Notes under the pieces: generated by a model
The model's input: only the letters and a program-made list of their open reading frames with translations
The model's database searches: none
Told to the model about the DNA's origin: nothing
Part shown: in pieces, positions 1-9,244 of the stretch
How positions within the stretch are numbered: the first letter of the stretch is position 1
Layout: the number at the start of each line of letters is the position of its first letter
Translations under genes and position numbers: made by a program
NCBI GenBank assembly: GCA_964454175.1
Contig: CAYVSA010000006.1
Location: 1-49,568 of the forward strand
Source: an uncultured Pseudomonadota bacterium
GTDB lineage: Bacteria > BMS3Abin14
DNA length: 49,568 nucleotides
Direction of reading: 5' to 3'

Positions 1-101
1 TACAGGCGATAAACCCAACACCGAGACGTCCATTCCTCATTGTTTTGCAGGGATGGAGGGGGTGGGCTAAAACCCTAAATACAGATCCTCCTGTGGGTGA
101 T

Positions 102-128
102 CTATCCCTGTTATCCCCTTTATCCCTG
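102..128. repeat. 3 x 9-bp degenerate tandem repeat (YTATCCCYK)
   Basis: ctatccctg / ttatcccct / ttatccctg read directly; a complementary-orientation tract (cagggatggagggg) lies at ~47-61. Confidence 0.7.
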
Positions 129-143
129 AAAAAACCATCTTGA

Positions 144-174
144 CCTATAGCCCATGGCCTATAGCCTATAGCCT
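144..174. repeat. 7-bp degenerate tandem repeat (CCTATAG)
   Basis: cctatag cccatgg cctatag cctatag cct. Confidence 0.75.
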
Positions 175-298
175 GTTTTTATTATTGTAACCCTACTGGG
201 CACCAATGCCAACAGGAGTAAATTCAGCTTTTCAAGTGCTCGGGAGTGGCTATAATTGACATTAGGAAGTGTAAAATACCTTCAAAGAGGCGACGGAA

Positions 299-964
299 AT
301 GAGAATTGCAGAACGGTTAACGATATTACTGGCCGCTGGTTTCATCATTGCCGGCTGTTCTACGCCAGGTATGAACGTCTCCAGGTCAGCTGTACCTTCT
401 GGAACATCCATCGTCATCGGGCAGCTCACCGGGACACGCCACCCCCTCCCCGGCTTCTTCTACATGAACGACATGATGGACGTGAGCGAGATAGAGATCC
501 TTGGCTTTCAGGTGGTGAGCGACGATGGATCTGATGTGGCATTACTGCGACCCGACTCAAGAAGCTATTTCGCCAAGGAGCTTTCCCCCGGTACATACAC
601 CATAAGAAGGCACCGCCGCGACAGGCCCGATTATTATGCGGAGAGGTACATCGACATAATTACCTTCCGAATCAAGCCAGGCCAGCTGGTTAACCTCGGA
701 ACGATCATGCTGGTCCTTGACGGGCCTCCAAGTGAGTACTACTACTCTGTCACCTACATGGACAAGGGAGAGTACATCTACAGCTACCACTTCAGGAGAA
801 TGAGGGGAAAGGACTCATACAGGATGCCCCTTGAGCGATTCAGGGTCAAAAGGCCTCGCGTCTACGAGCAGTTCAAGGGAAATATCGTTCAAAACACTGA
901 CCCTGTGACATCAGAGCCGGACAGGTCCGAAAAGATACTCATAGACAGCAGTCACGATCGGTAA
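299..964 (+). CDS. hypothetical lipoprotein (221 aa)
   Basis: ATG preceded by GAGG; basic/hydrophobic signal ending in lipobox IAGC (MRIAERLTILLAAGFIIAGC); no family recognised. Confidence 0.8.
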   Translation: MRIAERLTILLAAGFIIAGCSTPGMNVSRSAVPSGTSIVIGQLTGTRHPLPGFFYMNDMMDVSEIEILGFQVVSDDGSDVALLRPDSRSYFAKELSPGTYTIRRHRRDRPDYYAERYIDIITFRIKPGQLVNLGTIMLVLDGPPSEYYYSVTYMDKGEYIYSYHFRRMRGKDSYRMPLERFRVKRPRVYEQFKGNIVQNTDPVTSEPDRSEKILIDSSHDR

Positions 965-992
965 TCTAATCTCTAATGTTCTAACATCTGAT
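965..992. repeat. 7-bp degenerate tandem repeat (TCTAATN)
   Basis: tctaatc tctaatg t tctaaca tctgat fills the gap between two convergent stop codons. Confidence 0.6.
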
Positions 993-1844
993 TCACAGCG
1001 AGTACCTGGGATTATCGAAAGTCCCGCCGATCTTGACAGTCACCGAACCATCCGCGGCTCTGGCTTTTCCCGCGAGGGAAAACAGGGGGCTGAGTCTGGC
1101 GGCCGCCTGGTCCGATGGCCTCATGGTCAATGCGATATCCAGGCGGGATCTTCCCGGATCAGCCGGATCAATGATGATACCTCCCCTCGCCTTCCCGTTA
1201 ATGTCGCCGGAGACTGCGTTTTCCCCAATGGTCAGGTTGTTGTCTATCACGGACCAGAACGCTTTTCCGGAATCGAAGGCAAGGGTTCCCAGTCCGAGGG
1301 CCTCAAGGTATCCGCCCGAAAGAGTGACATTTTCAATAGTTATTTTCCCACTGCCCGAAACTTCACTTTTTTCCCTCTGAGAGACTGACGTACCACCATC
1401 GACGATCAGCCGGCCATCGATGCCCACAGGCAGATCCTGCAGCGGCAGGCGAGCGATATCAATACCTCCTGTCCTGGCTGTTATCTCGAACAGGTCTTTT
1501 CCACTGTTGAATCCCAAGACCAGCCTGCCCCACTCACCGGCAAGTTCGACGCCGAAACGTTTCCTGTCGGAAAACATGCTGAAGGGCGAGACGGATATCC
1601 GGGCCCTGTCCAGAACAATATCCTTACCCTCGAATTTCACCTTCAAGTCCTTTGCACGCAGGGCGAAGGGTGGCGAATAGCTGGCCGAGGAAAGTGTTAC
1701 TTTACTGCCGGTTTCCCTGCCTATAATATCGATCAACAATTTGCCGATCTTTTCATCAGGGAAAGTCACGATGAAAAAAATCCCGGCCAGAACCAGGAAG
1801 ACTGTGAGATATATGAATGGCCGGAACCTTGCCGGTTTCTTCAC
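993..1844 (-). CDS. gspN: type II secretion system protein N
   Basis: N-terminal TM ending in TFP, beta-rich body, C-terminal IGGTFDNP motif; last gene after gspM. Confidence 0.75.
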   Translation of the reverse strand: MKKPARFRPFIYLTVFLVLAGIFFIVTFPDEKIGKLLIDIIGRETGSKVTLSSASYSPPFALRAKDLKVKFEGKDIVLDRARISVSPFSMFSDRKRFGVELAGEWGRLVLGFNSGKDLFEITARTGGIDIARLPLQDLPVGIDGRLIVDGGTSVSQREKSEVSGSGKITIENVTLSGGYLEALGLGTLAFDSGKAFWSVIDNNLTIGENAVSGDINGKARGGIIIDPADPGRSRLDIALTMRPSDQAAARLSPLFSLAGKARAADGSVTVKIGGTFDNPRYSL

Positions 1845-2377
1845 TTTGCCTCCAGGGTACTGGCAAGAACTGTAACATCTAAAAGCTGTGGATCGTCAAA
1901 GCGTGATTTCATTCTCAGCCTTTTGACGATGACGAAGTCCCTCGTTTCCTCGATCCTCTTTAAAAACTCAACTGTCCTGGCCAGATCAAGCTTTTCCAGC
2001 CTGACTTCGACAGAGGTTTCCTCGAGACCCGGATCCTGCTTGCCCTTGACCGGTTTCATGGAGGCGATACGGTCCTGCACACCTGCCTGCCTTGCCACGC
2101 TTTCCAGGGTACCCAGGATGGAAAAGCCCTGTTTGCGGCCTGAAAGGCGTTTCTCAAGGTCAGCTACGGATTTTTCCAGCTCCCCGTAGTGGATGGCACG
2201 TTCCCTGAACTTGACCAGTTCCAGCCCTTTTTTCTGGGCGACGTTCTCTAATCTGACCTTCTTTTCCCAGATCGGGGAAACGAACATGCTGAAAACAAGA
2301 CCGGAGATGACGACCACAGCTGCCGCGGTAACGGCGATCCGTTCCCTGTCCGTGAGCCTCTGGAAAAGATCAAACAT
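1841..2377 (-). CDS. gspM: type II secretion system protein M
   Basis: LTDRER N-terminal motif, single TM, coiled coil, ferredoxin-like C-terminus; follows gspL. Confidence 0.85.
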   Translation of the reverse strand: MFDLFQRLTDRERIAVTAAAVVVISGLVFSMFVSPIWEKKVRLENVAQKKGLELVKFRERAIHYGELEKSVADLEKRLSGRKQGFSILGTLESVARQAGVQDRIASMKPVKGKQDPGLEETSVEVRLEKLDLARTVEFLKRIEETRDFVIVKRLRMKSRFDDPQLLDVTVLASTLEAK

Positions 2378-3785
2378 CCTGGATCACCTCCATTTGAAGA
2401 CGGAAAGAGACTTTTGATGAATCTGCTCCCACCCGTGCATTCAGGACCTTCACATCCCGGAAGCGTTGGGAGCTTTCCACTGCGACCTTCAGTTTTTCAA
2501 CAGCATCGAAGGACGGCAGCGTCCCTTCCAGACGCAGCCTTTTCGCGTCCAGAGAAAAGTCGTTCACCTTGAGAAGGAGACTTTCCGGAATTACCCTGCT
2601 GAGTTCTCCGAGAACGGAAAGAGAATTGGAGCCACCGTCAGTGTATGCAGCCAGCAACTGTGTCCTCTGTTCAAGCCTGACCAGTTTTTCCTCCAGCTGG
2701 GCAAGTTCGCTCACGACCTTTGTGCCCGGGAAAAGATCCTCAAAATCAGACCTGAGGGAGAGGGAGTAGCTATCATACCTGCTCTTGGCCGAAGTATAAC
2801 CGGCAAACAGGTGCCCCAGGGAAAGCACAATGACCAGACCGAGCAGGACGGCTGTTCTGAGGGCTGGAACTTTGAGTTGAGAAGTGTTGCCGCCGGGCTT
2901 CAGGCGCCCCTGACACAAGTCAAATGGTATAGCTTCTCTGGCACCAACACCCTTGAGTGCCAGGCCAATGGCGGGTAGGAACCTGCCGGGTTCCAGCAGG
3001 TCCGGAGACTCCTTCGAAAGAAAAATATCCCAGTCATCAGGGACTTTGACATTCCGGACACCTGCTCTCGCCAGAGAAGCGATCAGCGGCTCCGTAAGCC
3101 TGCCGCAGGCTAAAAGTATCTCGTCGTCTTCGCCGATGGTGTCCACAAGAGCAGCCGTTATCTGACCGACGTCAGCCAGGCTGTCCCCCGTTGTTCTGAG
3201 TTTTCTGAAAACGGCCGGCCGGCCGGCCTTGAGTGTCGTAAGAAGGGCCACATCCCCTCTCAAGTAAACGCCTACTCCGTTCTTCACTCCGCCGAAGAGA
3301 GCTGCCGATGAGAGGCCAACCATGTCGGTTTGAAGAGATGAGACGTCCGATCCTTCCGGGAGGACAGTCAGGATCATTTCAAGCTTTTCCAGTTCGCAGG
3401 CAATAGCAATGGCGCGGGTGCCCTCTTTCCCCGACTCAGTTGCCACAAAATCAGCCACAGCAGCTTCTGCGGAAACAGGCAACTCACCCTCAAGCTCGGG
3501 AAGAAGGATCTGGGATATCTTCCTGCGCCCCCTGAAGGGAAGGAACATGGATTTCTGGTAGGTCAGATGCGCCGGCACTCCCACAACAGGGTTGACCAGG
3601 GGAAACCCTGCCTCTACCGCTTTGGCCAGAGCGCTCCTCCAGCTTACGTGCAGATCGCTGCCGCTGCCTTCCACAGAAAAAAAACGCGCTGAAGCAGCAC
3701 CGCCGAGATTTGTGCTCAACTCAACGACCTCGACACCGCCCTCGCCTGACAGCGCTATTCCTGTAGCAGTCCTGGTAAACATCAT
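2370..3785 (-). CDS. gspL: type II secretion system protein L (GspL/PilN-like)
   Basis: cytoplasmic actin-like region (LPFRGRRKISQILLPELEGELP), TM, PilN-like periplasmic part (LRLEGTLPSFDAVEKLK); start moved to ATG 3785 so it does not overlap gspK. Confidence 0.8.
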   Translation of the reverse strand: MMFTRTATGIALSGEGGVEVVELSTNLGGAASARFFSVEGSGSDLHVSWRSALAKAVEAGFPLVNPVVGVPAHLTYQKSMFLPFRGRRKISQILLPELEGELPVSAEAAVADFVATESGKEGTRAIAIACELEKLEMILTVLPEGSDVSSLQTDMVGLSSAALFGGVKNGVGVYLRGDVALLTTLKAGRPAVFRKLRTTGDSLADVGQITAALVDTIGEDDEILLACGRLTEPLIASLARAGVRNVKVPDDWDIFLSKESPDLLEPGRFLPAIGLALKGVGAREAIPFDLCQGRLKPGGNTSQLKVPALRTAVLLGLVIVLSLGHLFAGYTSAKSRYDSYSLSLRSDFEDLFPGTKVVSELAQLEEKLVRLEQRTQLLAAYTDGGSNSLSVLGELSRVIPESLLLKVNDFSLDAKRLRLEGTLPSFDAVEKLKVAVESSQRFRDVKVLNARVGADSSKVSFRLQMEVIQDV

Positions 3786-3801
3786 CCTGACCGTGAAGGT
3801 A

Positions 3802-4818
3802 TCAAAACCCCCTGTAGTAAACAACCCTGGCAGACTTGCCGCTTCGCTTGAATACGGCATAAGCCCTGGTTGAAGCTGTGTTATTCTCTCCTACTACGTC
3901 CGCTGAAAAGTGACCGCTGGCAACATCCACAAGCGGCTGGATCTGATTGTAAAAGGATTGGTCGATCGCAGGAACAGCCTCCTTCAGATCTGACGTACTC
4001 CGGAATGGAGATTCCCACCTCGCGTCAACTATCTCCTGGGCAAGGCTCCTTTCCACAGTGTATTCCGAGCCTTCCGGTGTAAGAGACATCAGCACTTCGA
4101 CCGGCGCGGTGTTTACGTTTATCCTCCCCTCAGGATCACCGAATATCGTTATGTAGTTTTCGAGGGCCGGGATATCTCCCTCACCCCTCATTAAAAGGGC
4201 TTTTCCTATTCCCTTTACGAGCCCGAGTTCACCAAGGGTAGCGGGACTCCGGTCAGGGCTCGCATATGGGAGAGAAAGGGAGGAATAGTAGCTGCCCTCC
4301 GCACCTCCAGGACGTTCGGAACTATCAGGATCCATCCAGTCGATGAGACTGTCCACGATCTCATCACAACGCCCGGCAGGCAGCCCCAGCGAATAAAGAA
4401 GTGTCCAGAGACGGTCTGCCACGGCATCATCCGGAGTACCATCTGCTCTCACGAGGCGGTTTACCGCAAGCTTTCCCTCCTCGTCCTCGATCCTGGCAGT
4501 GACCCATCCAAGGCTGCCAACTGGTAGTGCCCCCATCCTGTTGGCCGCACCCCAGTCCTCATTGGCCGAATCGTAAGCTGCATCATCTTCTTCAAGGGCT
4601 TTTTTGGCCAGCGATATCCCCGATCGTGCCAGATAGTAGGTCTGCAGCTCATCTGCTGAACTGACTGCGATAGCCTCAAAGAGGTTCACACCAGCCCTCG
4701 TGTCCATGACAGCAACGGTCATCAGAAGAATAGCCACCAGGACCATTAGCAGGGCTATCCCGCCATCATCGTTGAACAGATTCAAGGCAGTCTTCCTTCT
4801 TCCATTTTGCCCGCCCAT
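3802..4818 (-). CDS. gspK: type II secretion minor pseudopilin K
   Basis: G|IALLMVL prepilin-like leader, IEDEEGKL, DSLIDWMD, GAE..YY, INVNTAP.EVL motifs; ATG 4818 just after gspI stop. Confidence 0.9.
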   Translation of the reverse strand: MGGQNGRRKTALNLFNDDGGIALLMVLVAILLMTVAVMDTRAGVNLFEAIAVSSADELQTYYLARSGISLAKKALEEDDAAYDSANEDWGAANRMGALPVGSLGWVTARIEDEEGKLAVNRLVRADGTPDDAVADRLWTLLYSLGLPAGRCDEIVDSLIDWMDPDSSERPGGAEGSYYSSLSLPYASPDRSPATLGELGLVKGIGKALLMRGEGDIPALENYITIFGDPEGRINVNTAPVEVLMSLTPEGSEYTVERSLAQEIVDARWESPFRSTSDLKEAVPAIDQSFYNQIQPLVDVASGHFSADVVGENNTASTRAYAVFKRSGKSARVVYYRGF

Positions 4819-4819
4819 T

Positions 4820-5203
4820 CTACTCGGCCAGATAAGCGACCACCTCGTAGGATCTCTTCCTGCCGCCCTCGAGCCACCCAACGGCCAGTTTCACCTGATA
4901 CACCCCGGGATACTCCGAAAGAGCAACCGTTTTATTTATCTTGAAAATACCCTCCTCACTTTCGAAGGTGCCTGGACCAAGAGAGGCCCCTCCCGCTGAG
5001 AAGACCCCGTCCATGTTCTCACGAGCAACCTGGGTAGCATCAATAAGACGAGAGGAATGGAGGGTTCTGTCAGCATTCAGGGCATCGGTTTGAAGGAGTA
5101 CTATAAGCCCGATAGCCAGAACCGACATGGCAGCTAGCACTTCGAGGAGAGTAAATCCGCCCTGGTCTGCCATTCTGCGGAGAAAGCCCCTTGATGAAGC
5201 CAA
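4820..5203 (-). CDS. gspI: type II secretion minor pseudopilin I
   Basis: class III signal G|FTLLEVLAAM, ~120 aa, follows gspH; start TTG 5203 or ATG 5173. Confidence 0.8.
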   Translation of the reverse strand: MASSRGFLRRMADQGGFTLLEVLAAMSVLAIGLIVLLQTDALNADRTLHSSRLIDATQVARENMDGVFSAGGASLGPGTFESEEGIFKINKTVALSEYPGVYQVKLAVGWLEGGRKRSYEVVAYLAE

Positions 5204-5800
5204 TTATTTAACCCCCAGATCTTCGTAGACGTTTTTTACAGACACTTCACCGCTGATCAGATAGGGCCTGATGGAGCGGACCCTGTCTTTATTATCAACA
5301 AGGTGGATAACGGATGGCTCAACTATGCCCCTGGGGGAAATATGCACCCCTCCAATGCCGTTAACCACTTTCCCCTCCTGGATCGTTGTCAGGTCCGATA
5401 TAGTTACGGAGTCTTTCATCTGCAGGGGCTTAACTGCATCATCTTCGATGTAGAGTTCCTCCGGACCCAGATAGGAAGCGCCAATCCTGGCGCGATCCAT
5501 GTCAACATCCAGCCTGTAATAACGTCTCAAGGTCACTGCCCTGTTTCTCACAAGTTGAAACATGATGCCTGTTTTGCGGGATACCCTGTCGATCTGCATC
5601 CCCGCAACATCCGGCATCCTCGGAAGTACAACACCCACGATGATGGATATAATTACCATCACCAGGACCAGTTCCAGGAGTGTAAATCCGCCGTCGGTTC
5701 CTGTACGGGCAGAACCGAAAACTTCATTTTCACCCGCAGACCGCCAACGACCTGGAGTCGGGGAAACAGACGGATAACTATTCGATATTCCAGGACTCAA
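5204..5800 (-). CDS. gspH: type II secretion minor pseudopilin H
   Basis: G|FTLLELVLVMVII prepilin motif, follows gspG; start uncertain (TTG 5800 with upstream AAGGA chosen). Confidence 0.75.
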   Translation of the reverse strand: MSPGISNSYPSVSPTPGRWRSAGENEVFGSARTGTDGGFTLLELVLVMVIISIIVGVVLPRMPDVAGMQIDRVSRKTGIMFQLVRNRAVTLRRYYRLDVDMDRARIGASYLGPEELYIEDDAVKPLQMKDSVTISDLTTIQEGKVVNGIGGVHISPRGIVEPSVIHLVDNKDRVRSIRPYLISGEVSVKNVYEDLGVK

Positions 5801-6221
5801 TGTCGGCGTCCTTGCCTTCTCCACCGAGGATCCCGTCGGGACCGTAGGAAGCCAGGTCATAGTCACCGTGAAGCCCTGGAGAGAGGTATATATAATCTCT
5901 GCCCCAGGGATCTTTTGGAACCCTCTTCTCCAGATAACCGCCCTCACGGTATTTTCCAGGTACAGGGTCGGTGGTAGGTTCGATCATCAGAGCATCGAGA
6001 CCCTGGTCTGTAGTGGGATAAAAACCGTTGTCCAGGTAATAGGTTTTCAGGGCCGTTTCCATATTCGTTATTGTGACCTGGGCCTTTAATCTCCTGGCTT
6101 TTTCAGGCTCTCCCAGAAAGCGCGGGGCAACAATTGTAATGAGTGTTGCCAGAATGATCATTACGACCATCAGCTCGATCAGGGTAAAACCGTGTTGGTT
6201 TATATTCCGATATACTTTCAT
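5778..6221 (-). CDS. gspG: type II secretion major pseudopilin G
   Basis: G|FTLIELMVV, Y.LDNG.YPTTDQGL.AL, PKDPWG..Y.Y, SYGPDG..GGEG.DADI motifs. Confidence 0.95.
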   Translation of the reverse strand: MKVYRNINQHGFTLIELMVVMIILATLITIVAPRFLGEPEKARRLKAQVTITNMETALKTYYLDNGFYPTTDQGLDALMIEPTTDPVPGKYREGGYLEKRVPKDPWGRDYIYLSPGLHGDYDLASYGPDGILGGEGKDADIESWNIE

Positions 6222-6270
6222 AAACCGATCTCCCCTTGTATTTCTGAAATACTTTTCTGGCCCGCAGGTA

Positions 6271-6298
6271 GTCCCAAGACCCAGGTCCCACGGCCCAG
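6271..6298. repeat. 4 x 7-bp degenerate tandem repeat (GNCCCAN)
   Basis: gtcccaa gacccag gtcccac ggcccag between gspF and gspG. Confidence 0.65.
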
Positions 6299-6306
6299 GG
6301 AAAAAA

Positions 6307-7530
6307 TTATCCCGTTCTTACGAGCTGATTCAGCTCGAAAATCGGGAGGAGAACTGCGAGTACGACAAACAGGACTACAGCGGCCATCCCGAGTATAAGC
6401 AAGGGCTCCAGGACTGCGGTCATCGCCTGGACGGAACTTGACACTTCCTCTTCATATGACTCGGCAATCCGGCCCAGCATTGAAGGCAGTTCGCCGCTCT
6501 GCTCTCCCACACCCACGACCCTTGATACAAGTGGAGGAAATACGGCACTGGCCCGGAGGGATTCGGCCAGAGAGCCGCCCCTTGCAACCGATTCGGAAGC
6601 CCCCTCAATGGCAGTTGCGAGCACCCGGTTGCCCATGACATCTCCAACGATCTCCAGAGCCTTTATCATGGGTACACCACTTGTAAGCAGTGCACCAAGG
6701 ATATGGGAGAATCTCACGGTGGCCACCTTGAGGTGCAGCCTGCCAAAAACCGGGACCCTGAGCATGGCGCGGTCGAAACTCTGCCCGAACCTGACGCTGC
6801 CGGACATCTTTTTGTAGATGAAAACCATAACCAGGAAACCTGCCAGTATCAGCATCCAGTAACTCGCTGCAAATCCGCTCACTGCTAGCAGTATTCGTGT
6901 CAGCAGGGGCAGGGACCTTCCGAAATCGGCGAATATTGAAACGACCTGGGGCACCACAAAGGCAAACAGGAAAAACATGAAGACAAAACCCAGTAGAGTC
7001 ATGACAACCGGGTAGACCAGAGCTGCGATGATCCTGCTTCGAAGCCGGGCTTCCCGTTCCAGGGTCTCGGCCAGTCTGGTCATAATTTCCTCCAGGAATC
7101 CGCCTGTTTCTCCCGCCCTGATCATCTGCACGAAAAGCGGGGGGAAAACCGAAGGATGTTCAGACAGCGCATCGTAAAAAGGAGCCCCTTCGTTGACCCG
7201 GTTCCTGACAGAGCTCAGGACTTTCCTCACCGAGGCCTTTTCCATCTGCTCAATGAGCGCCTCCAGGGCCTGTACCAGGGGCAGTCCAGCGCGAAGGAGC
7301 GTGGAAAGCTGACGCGATGCGGACGCCAGGTCAGATCTCGTTATCCTTCCCGGGAAAGAAAGGTTTTTTGGTGCAGCCTTCTCTTGTGCTGCGGCAGCTT
7401 TTGACATGGAAATAACGTAAAGCCCATCCAGCCTGAGCCGCTCCCGAGCACTATTCAGGTTTCCCGCATCCACAAGGCCGGTTCGCTTCTTCCCCTTCCC
7501 GTCGAGGGCGTTGTATTCAAACAGGGGCAT
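6307..7530 (-). CDS. gspF: type II secretion inner membrane platform protein F
   Basis: RQLSTLLRAGLPL, AGETGG.L, ALVYP, GEQSGEL, LEP..I, LLPIFELN motifs. Confidence 0.95.
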   Translation of the reverse strand: MPLFEYNALDGKGKKRTGLVDAGNLNSARERLRLDGLYVISMSKAAAAQEKAAPKNLSFPGRITRSDLASASRQLSTLLRAGLPLVQALEALIEQMEKASVRKVLSSVRNRVNEGAPFYDALSEHPSVFPPLFVQMIRAGETGGFLEEIMTRLAETLEREARLRSRIIAALVYPVVMTLLGFVFMFFLFAFVVPQVVSIFADFGRSLPLLTRILLAVSGFAASYWMLILAGFLVMVFIYKKMSGSVRFGQSFDRAMLRVPVFGRLHLKVATVRFSHILGALLTSGVPMIKALEIVGDVMGNRVLATAIEGASESVARGGSLAESLRASAVFPPLVSRVVGVGEQSGELPSMLGRIAESYEEEVSSSVQAMTAVLEPLLILGMAAVVLFVVLAVLLPIFELNQLVRTG

Positions 7531-9244
7531 TCTCAGACTCTTCCTGCGTCACTCTTAAAACTTCCTCGATAGAAGCATTCCCTTCCAACACCTTCCGGGC
7601 ACCGTCCTCGCGAAGTGTGACCAACCCCTCCCTGAGGGCGGCGCGTCTTATAGAACCGCTGTCCGGGTTTTTGAGGATCTCGGACCGGATAGGCTCCGTG
7701 ATCTTGAGGAGTTCGTAGATACCGGTCCTGCCAAAGTAACCTGTCTTCATGCAAAGGGGGCATCCAGAACCCCTGAAGATCCCTTCAGACGGTAAATTTC
7801 CGCTCTCCAGTCCAACCTCTTCCAGTTCTTCCGGTTCAGGAATGTAACTTTCCTGGCAGTGGGGACATATCGTCCTGATCAGCCTTTGGGCAAGTATGGC
7901 AGTAACCGAGGAAGCTACGAGGAAAGGCTCTATACCCATGTCAATCAACCTGGTGATCGCGCCTGCAGCGTCATTGGTGTGAAGAGTGGAAAAGACCAGG
8001 TGTCCAGTGAGGGAAGCCTGGATGGCGATCTCAGCGGTTTCCAGATCCCTTATCTCGCCAACCATTATCACGTTTGGGTCCTGCCTGAGGATCGATCTCA
8101 GTCCATTGGCAAAAGTAAGTTCGATCTTGGGATTGACCTGGATCTGGCTTATCCCCTTTAGCTGGTATTCCACGGGATCTTCAACGGTTATGATATTCTT
8201 GTCGGCCGAGTTGATGCGGGACAGGGCAGCGTAAAGGGTGGTAGTCTTCCCGCTGCCTGTGGGTCCGGTTACAAGGACTATGCCGTGATTTGTGGCCGTG
8301 AGACGCTCCATGGCATTCAGGTGATCTGAAGCCATTCCTATCTCCTCCAGCCCCAACAGGACCTGGCTCCTGTCCAGAAGTCTCAGGACGCCCCTTTCGC
8401 CAAAGCTGGTAGGTACAATGGAGACCCTTATATCAATGTCCTTGCCGGCAATCTTGATCCGTATGCGGCCGTCCTGGGGCAGACGTTTTTCAGCGATGTC
8501 AAGGTCCGCCATGACTTTGACTCTGGAGATAATGGGAGAGTGGAACCGCTTCTGCAAAGAATGAACGCTGTGGAGGACGCCGTCCACACGGTACCTGATG
8601 GATAGGTCCTTTTCGAATGGCTCAATATGAACGTCGCTCGCCCTGCCCTTGACTGCCTCGTAAAGGACCGTGTTCACAAAGTTAATGATAGGCGCTTCGT
8701 CGGACGCGTCCAGAAGGTCCTGGGGCTCATCCAGGTCCCCGGCGAAAATAGATATCTCCCCATTCTCAAGGCTTTCAATGGCCTCCTCAGCTGACTCGGA
8801 TGATCTCTCGTACGTCAGGTTGATGGCCTCGGAGATGGCCCTCTTGCTGGCGAGAACGGGCTTTATCGGCAAAGAGACAAAGGTACTGACATTTTCCAGG
8901 ACTTCATCGTCCCTCTGACTGATCGCAACGAGAAGATCACCCGTGTCAGGGTCACGGAAAGGATAAAGATTGTGCCGTCTCGCAAACTGTATGGGAAGAG
9001 CAGGAAAAAGGTCTGTTTCCTCGCTGTTTACAGGTAGTTCCTCGTATACCGGGATGCCCTCCATCTCCCCGACGATCTCCAGAAGCGTACTTTCGTCCAG
9101 GAGCCTGAGCCTTATAACTGCCTCCTCAAGAGTGCAGCCCCGCCTGGAAACATGCTCAACAACGTCATCCCACTGGCTTTGGGTAAGGAGGTTTTTCTCT
9201 TTCAGAACCCCCTCCAGCCGCTCTGAAAGAGGCTGCCTTTTCAC
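7517..9244 (-). CDS. gspE: type II secretion ATPase E
   Basis: ASDVHIEP, EKRLPQDGR, Walker A GPTGSGKTT, LRQDP, TGHLVFSTLHTND, CxxC...CxxC zinc motif. Confidence 0.95.
   Translation of the reverse strand: MKRQPLSERLEGVLKEKNLLTQSQWDDVVEHVSRRGCTLEEAVIRLRLLDESTLLEIVGEMEGIPVYEELPVNSEETDLFPALPIQFARRHNLYPFRDPDTGDLLVAISQRDDEVLENVSTFVSLPIKPVLASKRAISEAINLTYERSSESAEEAIESLENGEISIFAGDLDEPQDLLDASDEAPIINFVNTVLYEAVKGRASDVHIEPFEKDLSIRYRVDGVLHSVHSLQKRFHSPIISRVKVMADLDIAEKRLPQDGRIRIKIAGKDIDIRVSIVPTSFGERGVLRLLDRSQVLLGLEEIGMASDHLNAMERLTATNHGIVLVTGPTGSGKTTTLYAALSRINSADKNIITVEDPVEYQLKGISQIQVNPKIELTFANGLRSILRQDPNVIMVGEIRDLETAEIAIQASLTGHLVFSTLHTNDAAGAITRLIDMGIEPFLVASSVTAILAQRLIRTICPHCQESYIPEPEELEEVGLESGNLPSEGIFRGSGCPLCMKTGYFGRTGIYELLKITEPIRSEILKNPDSGSIRRAALREGLVTLREDGARKVLEGNASIEEVLRVTQEESENAPV

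Noticed and set aside
1-40. Possible 5' end of a minus-strand gene (MRNGRLGVGFIAC...)
   Set aside because: Only 13 codons are visible at the window edge and there is no clear RBS
228-284. Sigma-70 promoter for the first lipoprotein gene
   Set aside because: TATAAT (251-256) and TTGACA (256-261) are present but in the wrong order, and neither has a partner at 16-18-bp spacing
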